Source: Opitutales bacterium (GTDB lineage: Bacteria > Verrucomicrobiota > Verrucomicrobiia > Opitutales > UBA9783). Taken from it: DNA of 32,000 bases. Shown here piece by piece: positions 1-9,608 of the stretch. The notes under the pieces are model-generated. The model saw nothing but the letters and a program-made list of their open reading frames with translations, ran no database searches and was not told the origin of the DNA. The position numbers and the translations under genes were made by a program. The stretch spans positions 20,119 through 52,118 of the forward strand of contig JBKSMP010000019.1 of the NCBI GenBank assembly GCA_046881885.1. Reading direction: 5' to 3'. Position 1 is the stretch's first letter, and every line of letters begins with the position of its first letter.

Positions 1-2457
<2,457 letters not shown>

Positions 2458-2482
2458 CTAGTTGTAACAAAATCTACCAACT

Positions 2483-2511
2483 TTGCAAGGAATCGTTTCA
2501 AATTTTTTAAT
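2483..2511 (+). promoter_or_regulatory. sigma70-like promoter candidate TTGCAA-17nt-TTTAAT
   Basis: TTGCAA lies at 2483-2488, followed by a 17-nt spacer and TTTAAT at 2506-2511. It sits in the 415-bp gap between gyrB and tRNA-Thr and points toward the terminator at 2785-2811. This is a motif match only, in AT-rich DNA. Confidence 0.25.
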
Positions 2512-2784
2512 TTTGGTGCGTTTTTTTTGCTGAATCATACTAAAATTTCAGAAGAATTAAAAAAATCACCTCCGAATATTCGAAACGGAACAACGGATTT
2601 ATTTTATAAAGCCTTACAAGCCAACACAACCTTAGAACGATTTCAAATTCTCCACACAAGACTTACCGATTCTCAAAACCCAATAACTACAATAGAAGGT
2701 CTTCAAAAAGCATTAACATGTTTTAACATAAAACAATAATAAAAGGAATGATTTCGCAAAAAACAACCTCAACAACACTTATTG

Positions 2785-2811
2785 TAGGGGGCTTAAGCTC
2801 CCTATTTTTTT
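2785..2811 (+). terminator. Rho-independent terminator (plus strand)
   Basis: tagggggc-ttaa-gctcccta forms an 8-bp GC-rich stem with one G-U pair and a 4-nt loop. A run of 7 T (2805-2811) follows immediately. On the opposite strand no T-run follows the stem, so the terminator is plus-strand specific. Confidence 0.6.
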
Positions 2812-2872
2812 AAAAGTTGCTTTTTGGTATTGACGTTTGATCGGGAATTAGGCTGAATTTTTAATATTCAAT

Positions 2873-2948
<76 letters not shown>

Positions 2949-2977
2949 TTGAACCCTTAATCGTTAACGAGGTTTTT

Positions 2978-3136
2978 ATGTCGCAACATTCAAGTTTTAA
3001 AAAAAGTGCCGGCAGCACAAATGCCAGCAAGACGGTATTGAAGCGTTTTGAACGCATCGAGTTATTGAAAAAACGTGGCCAATGGAAAGAAGGCCAAAGC
3101 GTTTTAGGTTTAATGAAAACAAAACCAGAATTATAA
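2978..3136 (+). CDS. small basic protein (52 aa), PVC/Chlamydia-type small basic protein candidate
   Basis: The ATG at 2978 gives MSQHSSFKKSAGSTNASKTVLKRFERIELLKKRGQWKEGQSVLGLMKTKPEL, which is Lys/Arg-rich. The longer track ORF (2888-3136) starts inside the tRNA and is not credible. From memory it resembles a small basic protein family seen in Chlamydiae and Verrucomicrobia, but I have not verified this. Confidence 0.5.
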   Translation: MSQHSSFKKSAGSTNASKTVLKRFERIELLKKRGQWKEGQSVLGLMKTKPEL

Positions 3137-3142
3137 TTATTT

Positions 3143-3700
3143 ATGGCATCCGCGACAGATATTCGTAAAAGCAATGTGATCATGTTCCAAAATGCGCCTC
3201 ACATCGCGCTCGAAGTGGAACATCGTACACAAGGTCGCCAGTCAGGTTTTGTGCAAGTTACCTTACGTAATCTTATTAGTGGAGTTTCAACAAAAACAAA
3301 GTTCCATTCTAATGACACTGTTGATTTTTGCTTTGTAGAATCACGCGAATTGGAATTTTCGTATATTGATGATATGGGGTACCATTTCCTCAATACGGAA
3401 ACCTATGAAGATGAGGTTATTCCTGCAAATCTATTAAAAGAACAAAAAGATTATTTGATTCAAGGAACGGCTTATTCTGTGCTTTTCGTTGAGGAAAAAC
3501 CGGTACAAATCCAATTGCCTCCGTCGCTTGCAATGAAGGTTACAGAAGCTTCTGAAGGTTTACGTGGTGATACTGCAAGCAATGCACAAAAGCCAGTTAT
3601 CGTAGAAACAGGCTTACGCGTTCAGGTACCGCTCTTCATTAAAACCGGCGAGGTTATTCGTGTAAATACAAACGACGGTTCCTACTTAGGCCGCGCTTAG
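3143..3700 (+). CDS. efp: translation elongation factor P
   Basis: The 185-aa length and three-domain pattern fit EF-P: an N-terminal KOW-like region, then ...YHFLNTETYEDEV... and ...EGLRGDTASNAQKPVIVETGLRVQVPLFIKTGEVIRVNTNDGSYLGRA. Confidence 0.9.
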   Translation: MASATDIRKSNVIMFQNAPHIALEVEHRTQGRQSGFVQVTLRNLISGVSTKTKFHSNDTVDFCFVESRELEFSYIDDMGYHFLNTETYEDEVIPANLLKEQKDYLIQGTAYSVLFVEEKPVQIQLPPSLAMKVTEASEGLRGDTASNAQKPVIVETGLRVQVPLFIKTGEVIRVNTNDGSYLGRA

Positions 3701-3703
3701 TTT

Positions 3704-4627
3704 ATGCCTAAAAAACAGGCAGAAGGTCCAAAACCAAAAACAATGTACACTTTGGTTTTGGATGCTTTACAAGCAGATCGATTGCAACAATGGTGCTTAG
3801 ATCGAGGTTGGGAATCGTTTAGCGTTCAATACGCACAATTTGCTTTTCGCGGCAATGATATTAATGTCGTTTTCTATCAAAAAAGTGGCAAATTGGTCAT
3901 ACAGGGAAAAAACACCGAAGACTTTGTTTGCAACGTTTTAGAGCCAGAAATTACAAAAGAATTCAAGTTTGGCCTGGAACGACTAGAACATCCAGAATGG
4001 TTTAGACCCCATGCAGGCATGGATGAAAGCGGCAAAGGAGACTTATTTGGGCCCTTAGTAGCTGCTTGCGTGATTGCAGATGAATCTCATGTTGATTTTT
4101 GGGTAAAAAATGGCCTGAAAGAAAGTAAACAAGTCACCAGTGACGCTCGCGTTTTCAAAATGGAGCAATTGGTACGCGGAACTAAGGGCGTGGTTATTGA
4201 AGTTGCTTATGCGGGCATGGAAAAATACAATCAACTTTATTCCAAATTTAACAATTTAAATAATCTACTCGCCTGGTTTCACGCAAAAGCTCTAGAAGGG
4301 GCCTTAAAAAAACGTCCCGTCTCTGAAGGTCTACTAGATCAGTTCACCACTTCTAAACTGGTTCAACGATACTTAAAGATCGAAAATTTCAATCTACAAC
4401 AACAAGTACGTGCCGAAGCCGATCCTGTTGTAGCAGCCGCTTCCATCATCGCTAGAGCAGAATATTTACGACAATTAAAACGCTTGAGTGAACAAGCCGG
4501 CATGCCCCTCCCCAAAGGTTGTGGTACGCAAGCTAAAGAAGCCCTACAAAAGCTGATTGCAAGCCAAGGACGCGAAGCTATGTCGAAATTTATCAAATTA
4601 CACTTCAAAACATTTCAGGAAGCGTAA
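3704..4627 (+). CDS. rnhC: ribonuclease HIII
   Basis: The 307-aa protein has an N-terminal substrate-binding-like domain. The catalytic motif is GMDESGKGDLFGPLVAACV, the DESGKGD signature of RNase HII/HIII. The length and N-terminal extension fit the HIII type. Confidence 0.8.
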   Translation: MPKKQAEGPKPKTMYTLVLDALQADRLQQWCLDRGWESFSVQYAQFAFRGNDINVVFYQKSGKLVIQGKNTEDFVCNVLEPEITKEFKFGLERLEHPEWFRPHAGMDESGKGDLFGPLVAACVIADESHVDFWVKNGLKESKQVTSDARVFKMEQLVRGTKGVVIEVAYAGMEKYNQLYSKFNNLNNLLAWFHAKALEGALKKRPVSEGLLDQFTTSKLVQRYLKIENFNLQQQVRAEADPVVAAASIIARAEYLRQLKRLSEQAGMPLPKGCGTQAKEALQKLIASQGREAMSKFIKLHFKTFQEA

Positions 4628-4631
4628 AGTT

Positions 4632-5450
4632 TCAAAAAGAAAAGTGTTTGGAAAAATTTATCCATACATCCAAATCAATTTCTTCTGCTCGTATTTGGTG
4701 AGGAATTTGTTTTTGAGACAAAAATTCCAAAAATCTTTCAGCCACTTCATTAGAAATCGTTTTACAGACACGACCAATTTGCTGCCGACGATGTAAAAAA
4801 ACCTGTCGTAAAAACAATTTTACGTCTTTAGGAAATATATAAGCATCTGTACGTTTTACAAGGTGAATAAGCAAAGAATCCACTTTAGGTTGCGGATAAA
4901 AGCAATTTTTGCCGACACAACATTTATTGGCCAAAGAATAAGCTGCTTGGAGATTAACACTCAAGGCACCAAAATTCTTCGTACCTGCTTTTGAAAGCCA
5001 ACGATTCGCAGCTTCTTTTTGCACCAACAAAACCATGCATTCAGGCAATCGAACTTGCTCCAAAATAAAATCCAACCAAACACTCGCAATCGCATAAGGA
5101 AGGTTTGCAACAATTTTGTAAGATTTCGATCCATCAAAGGTGCCTATTGGAAATTGCAAAGCATCTTCATTACAAACCGAAATAGGAAAGGTTTCTTGAA
5201 TATATCGAAAAAAACACGCATCTTTTTCTACAGCAAAAACCTGCGCACCGGTTTCAACTAAGGCTCCCGTTAAGGTTCCACAACCTGGGCCAATCTCAAC
5301 AACAACATCTTCAAAGTTCAACTGTGCCCATTCTAGAGATTTTTGAACAAAACGAGCATTAATTAAAAAATTTTGTCCTAACTTTCGATTAGGACAAACA
5401 CCCAAATGAGCCAAAATCTTTCGTGTTTGACTAAGGTCTAAGGCCCACAT
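4632..5450 (-). CDS. rsmA: 16S rRNA (adenine1518/1519-N6)-dimethyltransferase
   Basis: KsgA-family motifs are present: LGQNFLIN, the SAM-binding VVEIGPGCGTLT, and VANLPY. Confidence 0.9.
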   Translation of the reverse strand: MWALDLSQTRKILAHLGVCPNRKLGQNFLINARFVQKSLEWAQLNFEDVVVEIGPGCGTLTGALVETGAQVFAVEKDACFFRYIQETFPISVCNEDALQFPIGTFDGSKSYKIVANLPYAIASVWLDFILEQVRLPECMVLLVQKEAANRWLSKAGTKNFGALSVNLQAAYSLANKCCVGKNCFYPQPKVDSLLIHLVKRTDAYIFPKDVKLFLRQVFLHRRQQIGRVCKTISNEVAERFLEFLSQKQIPHQIRAEEIDLDVWINFSKHFSF

Positions 5451-5459
5451 AAGGGGATT

Positions 5460-5660
5460 TTATATATTTTCGCGTTTTTGGCGCAACATGTTATTGAACG
5501 CTGCAACCTTTTTCTTCTGACGTCTTACCTCGCAAGGCTTTTCAAAATAACGCTTTGCTTTAACATCGCGCAAAACTCCTTCGCGATCTAATTTTTTCTT
5601 CAAGCGGCGTAAAGCCTTTTCTAAAGGTTCACTTTTGCGCAATTTAACTTCAACGGACAT
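5460..5660 (-). CDS. rpsU: 30S ribosomal protein S21
   Basis: I place the start at the internal ATG 5660, which is preceded by AAGGAG. The product MSVEVKLRKSEPLEKALRRLKKKLDREGVLRDVKAKRYFEKPCEVRRQKKKVAAFNNMLRQKRENI (66 aa) shows the typical S21 pattern. The track ORF start at 5696 is probably too long. Confidence 0.9.
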   Translation of the reverse strand: MSVEVKLRKSEPLEKALRRLKKKLDREGVLRDVKAKRYFEKPCEVRRQKKKVAAFNNMLRQKRENI

Positions 5661-5805
5661 TGCTATTTTTCTCCTTGGTTTTACTAATACAAACAATATT
5701 GAGGATCACCCCCAACAAGGTCAAGCGTTTTTTCCGAAAAACCTATCGCATTACAAATCCATAAAAACATCACATCCTTCTTTTTTTATGAGTTTTATAC
5801 CCCCC

Positions 5806-6474
5806 CTACTCCACGGTAAAAAATTCGGGAAGAATTTCGATTTTATGGATTTTACCTTCAATTTCCTTTGGACAAGGCGTTCGCAAGCGAAAGGTAACTG
5901 AGGAATTGAGGAAAGTGGTTGTATACGAATCTAGCAAAGGATTATTGTGCCGTTCATCTAGCCAATCGCTTGTGGTTAAGGAAAAATCCTCATTGTTGGC
6001 AGCTTCCTTAAAATCCAAGCGCAAGCTTAATGTTTCAGTAAGATCACGCTCTATTGGGCGCCATAAAAGCGGCGAATTTTCGGTTAACAAAGTCTGTAAA
6101 GCAACACTTTGGGGCCAATCCAAGGTACTTTTGGTCGTAAATACTTGAGCAGGATAAAAATGGCATTCGGTTGTAATCTCCAAATCATCATCTGAAATTT
6201 CCGTATGCAAACCATAATCTTTTAAAGCAATCCGTTCCAAAAGTGTAAATGGTGTTGCATCTAAACGTACTGTATTTTGGATGGGAAAATCATTAATTTG
6301 ATAATGATAATTAATGGTAAGCTTTGCGAGAAGCCAATAACAACGCACAATGCTTGGAATATCCAAATGGGTAATGGTATCGCATTTTTTGGTTCCAAGA
6401 TGGGGATAAACAAAGCGTCTCGTCGTAACACCGTAAGGCGAAACAAACGTTCTAAAAGGTTTTATTGTAGGCAT
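5806..6474 (-). CDS. hypothetical protein, last gene of phage-like cluster
   Basis: The ORF is 222 aa and starts 12 nt downstream of the 564-aa gene. It has no recognisable motifs. Confidence 0.4.
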   Translation of the reverse strand: MPTIKPFRTFVSPYGVTTRRFVYPHLGTKKCDTITHLDIPSIVRCYWLLAKLTINYHYQINDFPIQNTVRLDATPFTLLERIALKDYGLHTEISDDDLEITTECHFYPAQVFTTKSTLDWPQSVALQTLLTENSPLLWRPIERDLTETLSLRLDFKEAANNEDFSLTTSDWLDERHNNPLLDSYTTTFLNSSVTFRLRTPCPKEIEGKIHKIEILPEFFTVE

Positions 6475-6486
6475 AAATAAAAAGGT

Positions 6487-8181
6487 TTAGGAAGAAAGCA
6501 GCCAAATTTTCTTAAGCACGCCGGATTCGACAACGTCAAACGGCTTTAAAGACATTTGCGTGTTAGGTGGTAAACTGGCAGCGTCGATAGAAATGGTTTT
6601 GTCTGCGCTTTTTAAGGTTAGTTGCGAATAGGTTCCTTGGTTGCAGCTTGAATTGATAATAGGCGTTAAATGCGGAAAATAGGTACGAGATTGGCCTGAA
6701 GCTTTTTGAGCAAAACGCATATGAGGATCATTGGAAATCGTACGCAGCCGATTGGCGCGCATCAATTGAATCAGATCGTTTGGCCCCAAATGCTTAGGTG
6801 CACCAAATTTAAGCTGTACAGTACCGGAATCTAAGTGCATATATTCTTCTTGGATAGGAACTTGAAGCGATTCCCAAGCTTTATCGCCATGCAAAAATTT
6901 CAGTTTCTTGCCTAAATAAGACGATTCCAATTCCTCGCATTCAAACTGCACCGAACCTTCATGCTGCAAACATTGTGTCGACTCGTAGAGGATTTTTGCT
7001 AAATTTTGGGGAGGTTTTACGCCTTCCGTAAGGTAAACACAATTGCGATAGGTTTTTGAAACAGCATCCGTACTACAAATTTTCAATGCAAATAACTGAT
7101 GTGCTACTTGCGTGTCATTCGTTTTGTAACTAATAGTTGCAGTTATGGTTTCGTATTGCGCTTTACACTGCATCCAAGGTGCAATGGCTCCCTCCAGCAA
7201 CTCATTAGGTAATTTCGTCGTTCTCTGAACCGATTCAAGTTGAATATCCGTGTCAGGAATCGCTTGCAAGGTTGGAAAATGCTGCTTCCACCAATCAACG
7301 GAATGGGTTTGAATCGGCTGCACTTGAACCCACTGCTCTTGAATATGCGTATGGGTCCCTTCCAACTCAACTGTCAAAACGAGCGTATTCATCGCATCGC
7401 TAGGGCAATTTTTGGGAAAAACATCAACCGTAGTTGTTTTCCAAGTACCCTTTTCGTTCGAATTTGAATGTTCGTATTTTAAAACAACACCGTTCAGCTT
7501 TAAATCGTTACGTGGCGTTAAAGAAAATTGGCTTAAACGTTGAAGGGATAAAGACATAGATTCTAAAAAGGCTTGCCGAGAAATGTTAAACGTAGGCTTT
7601 GCAGCCGTGTAATCAAACCAACAAACCGCATCTGGAGTCCATCGAAGAAGCTTCTGGATGACCTCCATACAGCTACAATCTTTAATGGTTTCGCAAGGAA
7701 AGAAAAAATCAAAACCTTCGATTTTCCCCAATTGCAAAGGTGCTCCATGCTGAATACAATACTGAATTATGTTTGTTAAGCAATTTTTTGCATCCATAGC
7801 CTTTCCGTCCTCTGATTGTCCTAATTGACACAAACTTCTTGGGATCGAAATCATTTCTTCATCGTTAGCACCCTTAAAATACTGCCAAGATTGCTGAAAA
7901 ATAAGATGCTCCAAGTACCAATTGGGACCAGAAACCCTATAGGATTTGCTTTCTTCGTTTACAGAAAATTGACAAGGTATTTGCACGATTCTTCCGCTAA
8001 ACCAACGGGCATTATCTTTAAAAATTTCGATAGTGTCATCGCATTTAAAGGGTACGTTATTCGCTTCTGTTTTAAAAGAAAGTGTATCGCTTCCCTGATT
8101 TAAAACACGACGATTTACATCATAAATATACCACTTCGCTAACGGTTTTTTTACCCCCTGATAGCTTAAATACCAAGTCAT
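6487..8181 (-). CDS. large virion-module protein (candidate tail hub / host-interaction protein)
   Basis: This 564-aa ORF is the largest in the cluster. The N-terminus (MTWYLSYQGVKKPLAKWYIYDVNRRVLNQGSDTLSFK...IEIFKDNARWFSGRIVQIP...SGPNWYLEHLIFQQSW) is reminiscent of phage hub or late-control-D-like N-termini. I cannot assign the family. Confidence 0.3.
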   Translation of the reverse strand: MTWYLSYQGVKKPLAKWYIYDVNRRVLNQGSDTLSFKTEANNVPFKCDDTIEIFKDNARWFSGRIVQIPCQFSVNEESKSYRVSGPNWYLEHLIFQQSWQYFKGANDEEMISIPRSLCQLGQSEDGKAMDAKNCLTNIIQYCIQHGAPLQLGKIEGFDFFFPCETIKDCSCMEVIQKLLRWTPDAVCWFDYTAAKPTFNISRQAFLESMSLSLQRLSQFSLTPRNDLKLNGVVLKYEHSNSNEKGTWKTTTVDVFPKNCPSDAMNTLVLTVELEGTHTHIQEQWVQVQPIQTHSVDWWKQHFPTLQAIPDTDIQLESVQRTTKLPNELLEGAIAPWMQCKAQYETITATISYKTNDTQVAHQLFALKICSTDAVSKTYRNCVYLTEGVKPPQNLAKILYESTQCLQHEGSVQFECEELESSYLGKKLKFLHGDKAWESLQVPIQEEYMHLDSGTVQLKFGAPKHLGPNDLIQLMRANRLRTISNDPHMRFAQKASGQSRTYFPHLTPIINSSCNQGTYSQLTLKSADKTISIDAASLPPNTQMSLKPFDVVESGVLKKIWLLSS

Positions 8182-8182
8182 A

Positions 8183-8305
8183 TTAATGCCTCAAATTCTC
8201 TAATTGTTCTTTTACTTCTTTTAAGTCCCATTCTAGCGAATGAAGCTTGTCAATTTGCTCATATAAAGCGTCCCAAAGAGCATTATTATCTTCAATGGTT
8301 TGCAT
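8183..8305 (-). CDS. small coiled-coil protein (40 aa)
   Basis: I place the start at ATG 8305, preceded by GGAGGAG with a 6-nt spacer. The product is MQTIEDNNALWDALYEQIDKLHSLEWDLKEVKEQLENLRH. The longer track version (to 8443) overlaps the upstream gene by about 150 nt and is unlikely. Confidence 0.35.
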   Translation of the reverse strand: MQTIEDNNALWDALYEQIDKLHSLEWDLKEVKEQLENLRH

Positions 8306-8690
8306 GTAATTCTCCTCCGTAAATTTCATATAATGAAAAAGAAGCGTTGCCTTTATAATGTGTTTGAACGCGATACAAAGTCGCTGATTCAAGTTGAAAA
8401 CATCGATGAGCTTTATCCTCAAAATCAAGCAGCAACACACCATTTGCCTGCTGTAATTCGCTTGCGTGCACTAAGGCATGTTGAGCAGCGTCTTGCTGAG
8501 ATCGATGTTTACGACCCACTTCAAAAATTAGCTTCGTTTGCAGATTTCCACGGTTACAGGTTTGGCTAAAGGTCGCTCGAATTGCTTTTACAATTTGCAG
8601 ATTTCTTTGACTAGTAATTTCAAACCGAGAGGGTGTTTCATTCGCCAAATTTCCGCCACACAAAACATGTTCATTTAAGGTGATTTTCAT
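8292..8690 (-). CDS. hypothetical virion-module protein
   Basis: The ORF is 132 aa and starts 1 nt after the upstream stop. I recognise no family. Confidence 0.4.
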   Translation of the reverse strand: MKITLNEHVLCGGNLANETPSRFEITSQRNLQIVKAIRATFSQTCNRGNLQTKLIFEVGRKHRSQQDAAQHALVHASELQQANGVLLLDFEDKAHRCFQLESATLYRVQTHYKGNASFSLYEIYGGELHANH

Positions 8691-8691
8691 A

Positions 8692-9132
8692 TTAAAAAAT
8701 AAGTGAAAATTGAGAACTTATGAAATGCATTTGAAGGGCCAATCCATTGTCTACTTCTAACCATTTCCAAGGGTTTTTGGGTTCTAAAATAAAGCAACCT
8801 TCCCACTGATCATGCTCAAACTTTTTATGGGAAATAACATAACAAAGTTGTTCTGCAAGATCGAGAAAGGAGCCTTTTTCGGCACTTAAATGCTTTCGTA
8901 TGAGCGTACACTGCAAGGACAATTTCTCCCAACATAACTCCGAAATGTTCGAAACGGTTTCTACAGGAAAAGGTGTCGATAGATAAAGCTGCAAGGGTTT
9001 TAGAGAAGCCGATTTACGCGTTGTCTCCAAAGCATCGAAGGTTTCAGGAATAAATGAAACAGCTTTAAACATAAGCTCTTTTTGAAGATCTTCGATAATG
9101 GTCTTTTGTATACTTTGCAAAATGGGTTTCAT
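8692..9132 (-). CDS. putative neck/head completion protein (Mu gp37/DUF1834-like position)
   Basis: The ORF is 146 aa. The call rests on position plus weak resemblance only. Confidence 0.3.
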   Translation of the reverse strand: MKPILQSIQKTIIEDLQKELMFKAVSFIPETFDALETTRKSASLKPLQLYLSTPFPVETVSNISELCWEKLSLQCTLIRKHLSAEKGSFLDLAEQLCYVISHKKFEHDQWEGCFILEPKNPWKWLEVDNGLALQMHFISSQFSLIF

Positions 9133-9593
9133 AAGCCTCTTAAGGTTTTATAGGTGGTATCTTTTGGACGAAAGCGCACAGCTTCTAGCTTGTGTACGCG
9201 TTTATTTTCTTGGGATTGTTCACGCCAAGACTGCTGAAATTGTTCTAAGCTTGTTCGCGCTTGTTGGGCATTCCGAACTTGATCTTCCGACAATTTTAAT
9301 TCCGGAATACGCGTTTGAAGCGCTTCAATCACCAAGTGACAGGCACCTAATTTACAAGCAGTAGGAACGTGATTACGCGCTAAGGGATTCGGACGTAGCT
9401 TTTCTGGCACCCTTGCTTGAATATAAGCACAAACGTCATTTATAATTGTCTTCAGGGGCGTTTGATGTTCCGTAATGCCATGATTCGACAAAAGCGTCAC
9501 TTGATCATTTGCCAAATAATCTGCAATCGCGTCTGTTTCTAAAAAAATCCAATCTAATGTCGTCATAAGTAGAAGATCGGGAATGGCTTTCAT
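9129..9593 (-). CDS. putative head-tail adaptor / head completion protein (Mu gp36/DUF1320-like pattern)
   Basis: The ORF is 154 aa and lies immediately after the capsid gene. It is helical and loosely similar to the DUF1320 pattern. It overlaps the next gene as ATGA. Confidence 0.35.
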   Translation of the reverse strand: MKAIPDLLLMTTLDWIFLETDAIADYLANDQVTLLSNHGITEHQTPLKTIINDVCAYIQARVPEKLRPNPLARNHVPTACKLGACHLVIEALQTRIPELKLSEDQVRNAQQARTSLEQFQQSWREQSQENKRVHKLEAVRFRPKDTTYKTLRGL

Positions 9594-9608
9594 TCCCGAA
9601 AATAAGGG

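Noticed and set aside
5800-5806. C7/G7 homopolymer as a phase-variation switch
   Set aside because: The tract lies almost entirely downstream of the stop codon, sharing only its final G. It is not in an ORF or in a promoter spacer that I can define, so slippage has no obvious consequence. It is noted only within the read-through finding.
8183-8443. 86-aa version of the small ORF overlapping the 132-aa gene by about 150 nt
   Set aside because: The N-terminal half (MVCCCLILRIKLIDVF…) looks non-protein-like. A strong GGAGGAG precedes the internal ATG at 8305, so I annotated the 40-aa version instead.
9405-9416. Sigma-54-like TGGCAC…TTGC on the plus strand (rpoN is in the window)
   Set aside because: The GG-to-GC spacing is 7 nt instead of 10. 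The site is inside, and antisense to, a phage-cluster ORF.
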